Part shown: positions 1-9,280 of the stretch, in pieces | Layout: the number at the start of each line of letters is the position of its first letter | How positions within the stretch are numbered: the stretch's first letter is position 1 | Assembly (NCBI GenBank): GCA_963827275.1 | Contig: CAWHAA010000009.1 | Coordinates: 96,001-160,000, forward strand | Origin: an uncultured Spirochaetota bacterium | Lineage (GTDB): Bacteria > Spirochaetota > UBA4802 > UBA5550 | Direction: 5' to 3' | DNA length: 64,000 nt | Made by a program: the position numbers and the translations under genes | Notes under the pieces: generated by a model | Seen by the model: only the letters and a program-made list of their open reading frames with translations | Told to the model about the DNA's origin: nothing | The model's database searches: none

Positions 1-1035
1 CGTGATCAGGGTCGCGTAGCGGCCTGATTTTGCCTTCGCCATCGACGCTTCGGTATTGTTGAATTCCCCGTTGTCCATCATCCACGCGGCGCGCCAGGTC
101 AAAAGGCGCATCGCTTCATGGTTGGCTTCCATAAGGTAGAATTCTTTTTCAAGACTGCTACTATTGTTCGGATTCGCGTTATAATCAAGCGTTATTCCGC
201 TCTCCTCGATTTTTTCTCTGGTGAAATCGAGCGCGGCCCGCGACACACCGAGCGCCATCGAGGCGACCAGCGGCCGGGTGTTGTCAAAGGTCTTCATGAC
301 GCCCTTGAACCCTTCCCCGGACTCCTTGATTTCGGCGCTTCCAAGTATGTTGTTCTTCGGTATGCGGCAATCCTGAAGGACATAGGTGCCCGTGTCGCTG
401 GCGCGAATCCCCAGCTTGTGCTCGAGCTTGTCAAGTTTGAAGCCGGGAGTGCCCTTCTCAACGATGAAGGACTTGATGCCGGCTTTACCCGCTTTCTTGT
501 CGACCGTCGCCCATACCACCGCGATGTCGCAGCGCTCGGCGCAGGTGACGAATATCTTCTCGCCGTTCAGCACCCATTCGTCGCCGTCAAGCTTTGCGGT
601 CGCCGTAATGGACCCGGAATCGGAGCCGGACCCCGGCTCGGTGATGGCCATTGAAGCCCATTTGCCCCCGAAGCGCTCGAACTGATCGTCCGTCGCGACC
701 GCCATGATCGCCGCGTTGCCGAGACCGGCATTGGGCAGCGACAGGAGCAGGCCCAGGTCCCCCCAGCACATCTCCTCGATCGTGATGACCATTGCCAGGT
801 TTGCCCCCAGTTTTTTCCCGCCCGGCGCATCGGCCTTCTTTTCTTCTCCCTCTTTTTTCTTCTTTGGCCTGTTCATTATCTTTATCGAGCGGAACATGTC
901 GAGTTCTTTCGGGTTTTCATGCTCGTGCTCGTCATACTTGCGTGCGATCGGCCGCAGCATTCCTTTGGCCATGCCGTTCATGCTGCCTCTTACCTGGCTC
1001 ATCTTAGTGGTTACTTCAAGATTTATCATTGTCAT
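1..1035 (-). CDS. Acyl-CoA dehydrogenase (FadE23-like partner subunit), 3' end runs off the window
   Basis: Manual translation from ATG at 1035: MTMINLEVTTK...LRPIARKYDEHEH...MAITEPGSGSD...YLMEANHEAMRLLTWRAAWMMDNG..EASMAKAK. These are typical ACAD motifs; GGAGGA-type RBS upstream. Not in the ORF track because it is truncated. Confidence 0.9.
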   Translation of the reverse strand, partial: MTMINLEVTTKMSQVRGSMNGMAKGMLRPIARKYDEHEHENPKELDMFRSIKIMNRPKKKKEGEEKKADAPGGKKLGANLAMVITIEEMCWGDLGLLLSLPNAGLGNAAIMAVATDDQFERFGGKWASMAITEPGSGSDSGSITATAKLDGDEWVLNGEKIFVTCAERCDIAVVWATVDKKAGKAGIKSFIVEKGTPGFKLDKLEHKLGIRASDTGTYVLQDCRIPKNNILGSAEIKESGEGFKGVMKTFDNTRPLVASMALGVSRAALDFTREKIEESGITLDYNANPNNSSSLEKEFYLMEANHEAMRLLTWRAAWMMDNGEFNNTEASMAKAKSGRYATLIT

Positions 1036-1047
1036 TCCTCCGTTTAA

Positions 1048-2154
1048 TTATACCGTGGCCATGCCTTCAAGTACGGCGATGCCCCTGCCGTTCCGGTAAT
1101 ACCGCTCCACCGGATGGTCCCGTACGAACCCGTGACCGCCGAGTATCTGTACGCCGTAATCGGTGATCTTCATGGTCATCTCGCCGGCATAGAGCTTGCC
1201 CAGGTAGGCATCGCGCTTCGCGTCCTTCCCGGCTTCGAGCGTGGACGCCGCCTTCCAGGTCATGAGGCGCATCGCGTCCACCTCGTACGCCATCTCGGCG
1301 ACCATGAAGGCGACCGCCTGCCTGTGGGCGATCGGCTCCCCGAACTGCAGGCGTTCTTTTGAATAGTCGCGCGCGTATTCGAAGGAGGCGCGGGAGATGC
1401 CGGTCCCGATCGCCGATAGCGCGGTCCTCGTTTTCTGCAAAAATTTTGCGTAGTCGCAACCCTGCTCGCCGCCGAGCCGGTCGGATGCCGGTACCTCGCA
1501 GTTTTCCAGGGTGACCCCGTATGTTTCAAGGGCGTACATGCCGATGTTCTTCTCGCGGTCGCCGATTTTCAGGCCCGGGTTGTCTTTCGATACGATGAAA
1601 AGGTTCATCGCACCGTCCAGGTTTGCGGCAACGAGCATGTGGCCCGCCTCTTTTGCCATCGGCACGAAGCATTTTTTACCGTTCAGCACGTAGGCGCTGC
1701 CTTTCCTGGCGGCCGTTGTTGCAAGCGAAACAGCGTCGAACTTGAACCGCGGCTCGTTGATCGCGGCCGTGCACGGCTTGTACGCCGCGTCGCAGTAGGC
1801 CGGGATATATTTTTTCTTCTGCTCGTCCGTGCCCATTTCAAGGACGGGGAACATGAATGTTGACGGCAGTGTCGCCGCGATGGCAAGGGACATGTCGCAG
1901 TAGGCGAGCTCTTCAAGTATTATGCTGTTCATTATCGGGGAATACTCCATCCCGTATCCCCCGTATTCTTCGGGTATCGCCGATATCGTGGCACCCAGGT
2001 CCCAGACCTTCTGGATAAATTCCGCCGGTATGGCTCTCTTTTCATCCATATCATGTGTGCTGTCCGATACGACGCTCTTGACCAGGCGGCCCACCGTTTC
2101 TTTCATTGTCCTCTGTTCTTCGGACATGCCGAAACTGAAATCTTTTTCTTCCAT
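1048..2154 (-). CDS. Acyl-CoA dehydrogenase (FadE24-like)
   Basis: IPEEYGGYG, LNGKKCF, R.QFGEPIAHRQ and VQILGGHGF motifs; tandem with the second ACAD. Confidence 0.93.
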   Translation of the reverse strand: MEEKDFSFGMSEEQRTMKETVGRLVKSVVSDSTHDMDEKRAIPAEFIQKVWDLGATISAIPEEYGGYGMEYSPIMNSIILEELAYCDMSLAIAATLPSTFMFPVLEMGTDEQKKKYIPAYCDAAYKPCTAAINEPRFKFDAVSLATTAARKGSAYVLNGKKCFVPMAKEAGHMLVAANLDGAMNLFIVSKDNPGLKIGDREKNIGMYALETYGVTLENCEVPASDRLGGEQGCDYAKFLQKTRTALSAIGTGISRASFEYARDYSKERLQFGEPIAHRQAVAFMVAEMAYEVDAMRLMTWKAASTLEAGKDAKRDAYLGKLYAGEMTMKITDYGVQILGGHGFVRDHPVERYYRNGRGIAVLEGMATV

Positions 2155-2191
2155 GGCGTTCTCCTCGCATGTGGATCATAAAATTAGGAAA

Positions 2192-2209
2192 TAGACTGAC
2201 GTGTCAGTT
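2192..2209. promoter_or_regulatory. Putative TetR operator 1 (TAGACTGACGTGTCAGTT)
   Basis: Near-perfect palindrome ACTGAC-NN-GTCAGT upstream of the ACAD pair; same motif at 3011 and 3124. Confidence 0.75.
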
Positions 2210-2236
2210 CTTGTAATGCAGCACGCCGGCCGTCAA

Positions 2237-2845
2237 CTATTTTTTTATAAAAATCGCCGGAGCGAAAATGGCGATGATTTCCCTTGTCATGGTGTCAATC
2301 TCCAGGGCGTCTTTTTTGTTCTTTCTGTTGCCGAAAAAGGTGAGGGCTGTTTTCAAAAGCGCGCCGGTGATCAGGTGCGACGTCATGTCGACGTTCAGGT
2401 CCTTGCGGATATTGTGGTTCCGGATCCCGAGCATCAGGTCGTTCACGATAAGATTGTGTATTTTTTTCTCAAAGCGCTTGGTGGAGTTCTCCAGCTCGCC
2501 GCTCAGCCCGATACCCATCCTGAGCACGATGTTGCAGAGATCCGGATCGCTTGAAAGGAACTGGAGCGTGTTTTTGACCCTGAAAGACATGTATTCGACG
2601 GGGGATATGGTCCTCAGGTCTAGTTTATTCATCTCGATGGAGATGTATTTTTCCCAGTCGTTGTAGAAGTCCCGGATGAGGGTGATGAAAATATCGTCCT
2701 TGTTATTGAAATACTGGTACACGGTGCCGCGGGCGATCTTCGCTTCATCGACGATATCGGATATCTGGGTGTCGTAATATCCCTTCCTGGAAAAAAGGCG
2801 CTTCGCGTATTCCAGTATTAATTTTTTTCGTTCATCGGCTTTCAT
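2237..2845 (-). CDS. TetR/AcrR family transcriptional regulator
   Basis: N-terminal HTH: AKRLFSRKGYYDTQISDIVDEAKIARGTVYQYFNNKDDI. Confidence 0.95.
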   Translation of the reverse strand: MKADERKKLILEYAKRLFSRKGYYDTQISDIVDEAKIARGTVYQYFNNKDDIFITLIRDFYNDWEKYISIEMNKLDLRTISPVEYMSFRVKNTLQFLSSDPDLCNIVLRMGIGLSGELENSTKRFEKKIHNLIVNDLMLGIRNHNIRKDLNVDMTSHLITGALLKTALTFFGNRKNKKDALEIDTMTREIIAIFAPAIFIKK

Positions 2846-2984
2846 AGAACCTGCTTTCCTTGAAGGAATATATTTTGTTTACACCGTGGTTGGCGAAAAA
2901 AGCACCGCCGGGAGACGTTTTTGCGGCGCCATCGGATCGCCCGCGATTAATTCGCGTTTTCCCCGCCACAAGGCAAAAATACTG

Positions 2985-3030
2985 TTGACATAAATTAAAG
3001 GCCGTCTAAAACTGACATGTCAGTCTAAAT
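2985..3030 (+). promoter_or_regulatory. TTGACA -35 element with operator 2 (ACTGACATGTCAGT, 3011-3024) overlapping the -10 region
   Basis: TTGACA at 2985-2990; perfect 14-bp palindrome at 3011-3024. Confidence 0.7.
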
Positions 3031-3097
3031 AAAATGTCACGGTCCGATTTTGTCAATGGAATTTTCTTTTTTTTATAACGGCGAAAAAATAATTTCA

Positions 3098-3143
3098 TTG
3101 ACGCGGTCCGTCCGTATAATAAAACTGACACGTCAGTCTAAAT
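3098..3143 (+). promoter_or_regulatory. TTGACG -35 element with operator 3 (ACTGACACGTCAGT, 3124-3137)
   Basis: Same geometry as the 2985 site; lies ~50 nt upstream of the SCP2 start. Confidence 0.7.
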
Positions 3144-3186
3144 TATACCATCACACACGTGAAAAAGTTAGAAAGGAGGATTCTCT

Positions 3187-3759
3187 ATGGCCGCATTACC
3201 AACTGTACCCGCTGACACCAGCGTAGATAAGCTCTTATCGGAACACATGCCGAAAATAGCAAAGGACCAGCTTGCAAGCAATCCCGCCGCCGCTGACCTG
3301 GCGGGGACCGAGATCACCATGGTTGTGGAAGTGTCGGGTGACAAGCACAGCTTCACGCTGAAAGACGGCAAAGATGTCGTCTACAGCAAAGGCGATATCG
3401 CGTCACCGAAGCTCCGGCTCATGCTTGATAAAGGCGAGCTCGAGAAGATGATCAAGTCCCAGAACCTCGACATGATCCTCGGGATCACGAACGATCTGAA
3501 CAAGGCGAAGGTCAACGCGCTGAATTCGCTCAAGGGCAGCTTCGTGGCCGAGATTACCGATGATGACGGGAGCATTGTAAAGGTCAAGGCGATCCTGAAC
3601 GGCGCCAATGATCCCGCTTCGGTATTTAAAATGAGCGCGAAAGACACCAGCGCGTTGATGCGGAAAGACACCAATCCGGTCAACCTGTTCATGTCAGGCG
3701 CCATGAAGATTGAAGGCGACATGGCTTTCGCAATGGGCACGCAGCCGCTTTTCAGCTAG
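3187..3759 (+). CDS. SCP2 sterol/lipid carrier domain protein (apparently two SCP2-like halves)
   Basis: C-terminal NPVNLFMSGAMKIEGDMAFAM is the SCP2 signature; strong RBS AGGAGG. Confidence 0.8.
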   Translation: MAALPTVPADTSVDKLLSEHMPKIAKDQLASNPAAADLAGTEITMVVEVSGDKHSFTLKDGKDVVYSKGDIASPKLRLMLDKGELEKMIKSQNLDMILGITNDLNKAKVNALNSLKGSFVAEITDDDGSIVKVKAILNGANDPASVFKMSAKDTSALMRKDTNPVNLFMSGAMKIEGDMAFAMGTQPLFS

Positions 3760-3945
3760 AGGCATGAATGCCGCGCGTCGAAAGCGCGGAGGTTGCGGAA
3801 AGATTTAATTTTTGCACCTTCAAAAAAACTGTTTAAGTCGCACTGTTGCCGGGGGATCAGGAGCGCACGGTCGAAACAGCATGTTTCAGGCGCGCGTTAC
3901 TGATCTCCCGGTTGATTTTTTTAAATTATTTATGGGGGTTTGATC

Positions 3946-5859
3946 ATGGCAAACGAACTGCTTCCCTGGCACAAGGAATATAAAATAACAGGAATTCCGA
4001 TCACCTTGAAACCGTATCCCGATGAACCGGTATACAATTTGCTCTATGAAACGGCAAAAAAATATAAAAAGAACGGACTCATACAATACAATTATAAAAT
4101 GACGTATCCGGTCCTGAGAGATAAGGTTGACCGCCTGGCTACGGCGCTCTACAACCTCGGCCTGCGCAAGGGTGACCGCGTTGCCGCCATACTCCCCACG
4201 TCGATACAGTTTATCCTGACCGATTACGCGATTTCAAGGGCGGGCCTGGTGCATATTCCGAGCAGCTCGCTCGATTCGGTCACCTCCCTCGAGCATAAAT
4301 TCAATGAAGGAAAACCGCGGGCGCTTGTGACGCTGGCGGAGCATCTGGATGTCGCGGTGCAGGTCGTCAAAAAATGCAAGATTGAATTTTTAATTCTCTG
4401 CGATTTAAACGATTTCCCCGGGGGTGGCGCGCACGACAGGGGTAAAAATATACCGAAAGACGCGCTGTGGATGACCGACCTGATCGATACAACTCCTCCG
4501 TCTCCGCCCGACCTCACATTCGATGTGGAGAAGGACATAGAGACCCTCATGTTCACCGGCGGTACGACCGGTCTGGCGAAGGGATGCATGCTGACGCACC
4601 GGAACATCTATGCGAACAGCATGCAGGGCCTGTACGCGTTCGGCTTGCAGGGCATGCTCCTCAAGGGGGCCGTAACGGTCCTCATGGGGCTGCCGTTCTT
4701 CCACACCTACGGGCACTCGGTCATGCATAATATGACCTACCTCGGCTTCAGCCAGATCCTGATCCCCGATCCCCGTGACACGGATGGCATGATCAAGATG
4801 ATCAAGGAGCACTGCCCGCTCATGCAGTTCGGGGTGCCGACCCAGTTCATGAAGCTGTCCGAGGAGCTGGAAGGGTATGCGATGCTCGGCGTCTCGGGCT
4901 CGGCCGCGCTTCCGACCAACGTGCAGGACAAGTTTGAAAGCAAGGCGGGCGGCGGCATTCTCGAGGGATACGGCCTGTCCGAGATGTCTCCGACCACGCA
5001 CCTGAATACATCGTTTCTCACCCGGCTCTTCGGGGGCCGCGTTGCCATGAGGATCAATACCATCATGATGAGCTTCCCGGGCGTTCTGCCGCTTCTGAAT
5101 TTATTGCTGCGGCTGGCAGGAACGCGGAACGTGGGTTTCGTGATTACGAAGGCTTTTGCCGTCATGGCGAAAATGACCAGCAAAAAGCCCGCTCCTGATA
5201 AAAACAAGGCGGTTAAAAAAGTCGAGAAGCGGGGGACCATCGGCGTCCCGTATCCGGATGTCGAAGTGAAGTTCCTTTCGGTTGAGACCCAGGAAGAGGT
5301 CCCCGTATCACAGATGCTGAAGGGCGAGAGGGGAGAGATGCTCCTTCGCGGGCCGAACAGGATGCTGGGGTACTGGCCGGAGCCGGGCAGCGGCATTGAT
5401 GAAGACGGCTATATCCACACGAGCGACGTGGTCAGGATCGATGAAAACGGGTTCTTCTATATCGTCGACCGTACCAAGGACATGATCATCGTATCGGGAT
5501 ACAAGGTCTATTCACGCGAGGTGGACGATCTCCTGTACCACCATCCCAAGGTGGAGATGGCGGCGACCGTCGGCATTCCCGATCCGGAGCGGGAAGGGAG
5601 CGAGCGGGTTGCGGTATATATCCAGCCGAGGGAAAAATTCAAGAACAGCATCACTCCGGAGGAGATTATCGATTACCTGAAGCAGAAGGTGGCGAAATAC
5701 GCCGTGCCGAGAGTCGTGCACATTATCGACACGATGCCCCTGACCGAGGTCCACAAGGTCAACAAGAAGCTTCTCAGGGAGATGGCGGCAAAGGATGATG
5801 CGTCCCCGAAGCCGGCTGCGGATAAAGCGGCAAAGAAAAAGCAGAAGGCCAACGCGTAG
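3946..5859 (+). CDS. fadD: Long-chain fatty-acid--CoA ligase (AMP-binding)
   Basis: MFTGGTTGLAKG (A3), EGYGLSE, IVDRTKDMIIVSGYKVY and KYAVPR motifs. Confidence 0.88.
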   Translation: MANELLPWHKEYKITGIPITLKPYPDEPVYNLLYETAKKYKKNGLIQYNYKMTYPVLRDKVDRLATALYNLGLRKGDRVAAILPTSIQFILTDYAISRAGLVHIPSSSLDSVTSLEHKFNEGKPRALVTLAEHLDVAVQVVKKCKIEFLILCDLNDFPGGGAHDRGKNIPKDALWMTDLIDTTPPSPPDLTFDVEKDIETLMFTGGTTGLAKGCMLTHRNIYANSMQGLYAFGLQGMLLKGAVTVLMGLPFFHTYGHSVMHNMTYLGFSQILIPDPRDTDGMIKMIKEHCPLMQFGVPTQFMKLSEELEGYAMLGVSGSAALPTNVQDKFESKAGGGILEGYGLSEMSPTTHLNTSFLTRLFGGRVAMRINTIMMSFPGVLPLLNLLLRLAGTRNVGFVITKAFAVMAKMTSKKPAPDKNKAVKKVEKRGTIGVPYPDVEVKFLSVETQEEVPVSQMLKGERGEMLLRGPNRMLGYWPEPGSGIDEDGYIHTSDVVRIDENGFFYIVDRTKDMIIVSGYKVYSREVDDLLYHHPKVEMAATVGIPDPEREGSERVAVYIQPREKFKNSITPEEIIDYLKQKVAKYAVPRVVHIIDTMPLTEVHKVNKKLLREMAAKDDASPKPAADKAAKKKQKANA

Positions 5860-5995
5860 TGCGCAGCGCCACGGCGCGTCGGATGACACGAAGAGCACGC
5901 ATTTCGATTATTATGATCGATTTACAACAGCGCGTTTCCGCCCTCCACGGCGGGGACGCGCAGCATAAAACTTAATCTGTAACAGGAGAGCATCT

Positions 5996-7183
5996 ATGCA
6001 AATGGAAGAAGCGGTATTTATTGACGGCGTTCGCACCCCGAACGGCAGGGCCCACAAGGACAAGGGCTGGTTCAGAAATGTCAGACCCGATGAGCTGCTG
6101 ACCTACGTCTACCAGGGCATTTTTGAAAGAAACAAGAAAGTTAAACCCGAAGATCTTGACGGGGTATTGGTGGGATGCGCGAACATATCCGGCATGCAGA
6201 ACGATATCGGACGGCTCGGATGGCTCGCTTCCGGGATGCCGGTATCCGTGGGGACCAACACGATAACCAACCAGTGCCCCTCCGGCATGTCCGCCACCAT
6301 GCACGCGGCCCGCGCGATCATGACCGGCCAGGCCGACATCATGCTTGCCGCCGGGGTCGAGGACATGGAAAAGGTCCCGATGGGCGCGAACATGAACTTC
6401 CCGCCGAGGATCCTCAAGTACTGGAACGGCGCCGACCTCCCCATGGGCCCGACGGCCGAGAAAGTCGCGGAAGTGTATAAAGTTGCCCGTGAAGATATGG
6501 AAAACATGGCCATCTGGTCGAATAAAAAGGCGTACGAGGCCCAGCAGGCCGGCAAGTTTAAAAACGAGATCATCCCGGTCAAGGGCCTCGATGATAACGG
6601 CAACGAAATGATGGTGGACAAGGACCAGTGGGTCCGGTCAAAGAGCGAGCCGGAAAAGATGAAGGCGATGACGTCTTCCTTCAGGCCGAACGGCGGCGTG
6701 GTGACCGCGGCGACCTCTTCGCCACTCACACAGGGCGCGGCCTGCCTCCTCCTGATGAGCCGCAAGAAGGCGGACCAGCTCGGACTCGAGTACCACTACA
6801 AGTTCAGCTACGGCGTACTCGCCGGCTGCGATCCGACGGTCATGGGCATCGGCCCCGTACCGGCGTGCCAGAAGCTGTTCGAGAAGACGGGCCTGAAACC
6901 GGCTGATATCGGCGCCATCGAGCTGAACGAGGCCTTCGCGAGCCAGTCACTCGCCTGCATCCGCGAGCTGAAGCTGGACAACGATAACGCCCCCTTCAAA
7001 AAGGTCAACGTATGGGGCGGCGCGCTCGCCCTCGGACACCCGCTGGGACAGTCCGGCGCGCGGATCATCGTCACGCTGCTCAACGTCATGAAGACCGAGT
7101 TCCCGAACGAGAAATACGGCCTCGCGTCCCTGTGCGGAGCCTTCGGCAATGCCGGCGCGCTGCTGGTTGAGAAAGTCAAATAG
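5996..7183 (+). CDS. Acetyl-CoA C-acyltransferase (thiolase)
   Basis: NQCPSG catalytic Cys, [25 protein letters not shown]. Confidence 0.95.
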   Translation: MQMEEAVFIDGVRTPNGRAHKDKGWFRNVRPDELLTYVYQGIFERNKKVKPEDLDGVLVGCANISGMQNDIGRLGWLASGMPVSVGTNTITNQCPSGMSATMHAARAIMTGQADIMLAAGVEDMEKVPMGANMNFPPRILKYWNGADLPMGPTAEKVAEVYKVAREDMENMAIWSNKKAYEAQQAGKFKNEIIPVKGLDDNGNEMMVDKDQWVRSKSEPEKMKAMTSSFRPNGGVVTAATSSPLTQGAACLLLMSRKKADQLGLEYHYKFSYGVLAGCDPTVMGIGPVPACQKLFEKTGLKPADIGAIELNEAFASQSLACIRELKLDNDNAPFKKVNVWGGALALGHPLGQSGARIIVTLLNVMKTEFPNEKYGLASLCGAFGNAGALLVEKVK

Positions 7184-7207
7184 AAAGAGCTGCACATGCA
7201 GGACAAC

Positions 7208-7242
7208 GACGGCGCGGTCTTTCACCGCGCCGTCTTTTTTTT
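7208..7242 (+). terminator. Rho-independent terminator after thiolase
   Basis: GACGGCGCGGT-CTTTC-ACCGCGCCGTC followed by T8. Confidence 0.9.
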
Positions 7243-7261
7243 GGCGCGCCGGAAGGGATCT

Positions 7262-7294
7262 AAAAAAAAGCGGGATCACGTGATCCCGCTTTTT
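7262..7294 (-). terminator. Terminator (probably bidirectional) for the minus-strand ligase gene
   Basis: A8-GCGGGATCACGTGATCCCGC-T5 palindrome. Confidence 0.8.
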
Positions 7295-7328
7295 ACTCCT
7301 TGCGTTTCTGTCGTTCAGGTATGCTGCG

Positions 7329-9152
7329 TCAGTCGCTGCCGCCGGCCGGGTACATCCCCTCGATGGCATCCTTGTATTTTTCCTCCACGACCCTTCTCTT
7401 GACTTTCAGCGACGGCGTGATCTCGCCGGTGTCCTGCGTCCATTCGGCGTTCAGGAGCGTGAACTTCCTGATCTGCTCGACGCGGGCATAATTCTTCATG
7501 AGATTGCTTATCTCGTCCTGCATCATCTTGTTCACTTCCTTGTTGGTGACAAGGTCGTTGACGTCCGTGAACGCGATCCCCTTGCCCTTCGCCCATTTTT
7601 GCAGGGTCTCGAAGGCGGGAATGATGAGCGCGGAGAGGTATTTGCGGCGGTCGCCGATGATCGCCACCTGCTCGATGAACTTGGATGCCTTCAGCGTGTT
7701 CTCGATGTTCTGCGGCGAGATGTTCTTTCCGCCGGCGGTCACGATGATGTCCTTGATGCGCCCGGTGATGGCAACAAAGCCGTCGTCGTCGATGCGCGCC
7801 AGGTCGCCGGTCTTGAACCAGCCGTCTTTTGTGAAGACCTCGGCGGTCGCCTTCGGGTTCTTGTAGTATCCCTTCATGACCTGCGGGCCCTTGATGAGGA
7901 GCTCGCCTTCATCTGAAATTTTGACCTTGGTCTCGGACAGGGGAGGGCCCACCGTACCCGGCTTGACGTTCCACGGAAGGTTGACGTTCGTGACCGGCGT
8001 CGTCTCGGTCAGCCCGAAGCCCTCGAGTATCCGTATCCCCATGCCGATAAAGAACTCGGCGTCGGATACGGAAAGGGGGGCGCCGCCTGAAACGGCGAAC
8101 TCCATCCGGTTCATGCCCAGCCCCTGCTTGAACTTTGAAAACACCAGCTTGTCGAATATCTTTACGCGGAGCCCGAGCAGGCCCGTGGCCTTCTTTTCGG
8201 TGCACACGTACGGGAGGTTCTTCTTCGCCGTGTCCATGGCGAGCTTGAACATCAGGCGCTTGACCGCGGAGGCTTCCGGCAGGCGGGAGAGGATCACCGA
8301 GTGGATCTTCTCGTACAGGCGCGGCACGCTGATGATGAACGTCGGCCGCACCTCGTTCATGTTCTCCACCACCTTGCCGAAGTCTTCGGCGAAGGCCACC
8401 TTGCATCCCGCCATCAGGGGGAAGTAGAATCCCGCGGTCCGCTCGAGCGAATGGGAGAGGGGCAGGAAGGAGAGGAGGACATGGCCATCGTGAATATAGT
8501 CTTTGAAGTCATTGTTGATCTGACGGGCGTCTGATATGAAGTTGTCATGCGTGAGCATGACGCCCTTCGGGTCGCCGGTAGTGCCCGAGGTATAGATGAT
8601 GGTCGCGAGGTCGTGCGGCTTGAGGGCCTTGATCCTTTTGTCAAGATCGCCCTTTTTCTTGTAGGCCTCTCCTTTCTTCATCGCGTCGTTCATGGTGATA
8701 ACGGATTTGTTCGACGACTTGACATCATCTATGACAATTATATTCTTCAGGCCGGGCAGCTTTTTCTTCGCTTCGATGATCCTGTTAAGATGGTCTTCGG
8801 TACCCGCGATGCATATCTTCGAGCCGGAGTTGGCCAGTATGTAACGGCTCTCTTCGGCCGAGTTGGTGGCGTATATGGGAACGTCCACCGCTCCGATTGA
8901 AAGAATGGCGAGATCGGCGATCCACCATTCAGGCCTGTTGGGCGAAAAAAGACCGACCCGATCGCCTTTTTTTACGCCTGCAGACAAAAGGAAATACGCG
9001 AGATTTTTAACTTTTTTATCCATCTCGTTCCAGGAGATGTCGACATACTGGCCCTTGATCTTGTCGCGATATGCGACGCAGGCGCGGTCGCCGTATTTTG
9101 CGACCTGCTCCTGGAATACAGCGGGTATTGTCGTGTTGGTTAGCGTGCTCAT
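7329..9152 (-). CDS. Long-chain fatty-acid--CoA ligase (FadD15/ACSL-like)
   Basis: YTSGTTGDPKGV, FLPLSHSLER, EGFGLTET, GWFKTGD, ITGRIKDII, TPSLKVKR. Confidence 0.93.
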   Translation of the reverse strand: MSTLTNTTIPAVFQEQVAKYGDRACVAYRDKIKGQYVDISWNEMDKKVKNLAYFLLSAGVKKGDRVGLFSPNRPEWWIADLAILSIGAVDVPIYATNSAEESRYILANSGSKICIAGTEDHLNRIIEAKKKLPGLKNIIVIDDVKSSNKSVITMNDAMKKGEAYKKKGDLDKRIKALKPHDLATIIYTSGTTGDPKGVMLTHDNFISDARQINNDFKDYIHDGHVLLSFLPLSHSLERTAGFYFPLMAGCKVAFAEDFGKVVENMNEVRPTFIISVPRLYEKIHSVILSRLPEASAVKRLMFKLAMDTAKKNLPYVCTEKKATGLLGLRVKIFDKLVFSKFKQGLGMNRMEFAVSGGAPLSVSDAEFFIGMGIRILEGFGLTETTPVTNVNLPWNVKPGTVGPPLSETKVKISDEGELLIKGPQVMKGYYKNPKATAEVFTKDGWFKTGDLARIDDDGFVAITGRIKDIIVTAGGKNISPQNIENTLKASKFIEQVAIIGDRRKYLSALIIPAFETLQKWAKGKGIAFTDVNDLVTNKEVNKMMQDEISNLMKNYARVEQIRKFTLLNAEWTQDTGEITPSLKVKRRVVEEKYKDAIEGMYPAGGSD

Positions 9153-9280
9153 GGGACCTCCCTATTATATGTGTTATATAGTTACTAACATTACCGTATG
9201 CCGATTGCAGGGCATGCGGTAAAATCAGAATCAAAATAGTGGTGTTCCGCGGGCAATCATGCCGCGCCCGCAGCAGGCGG

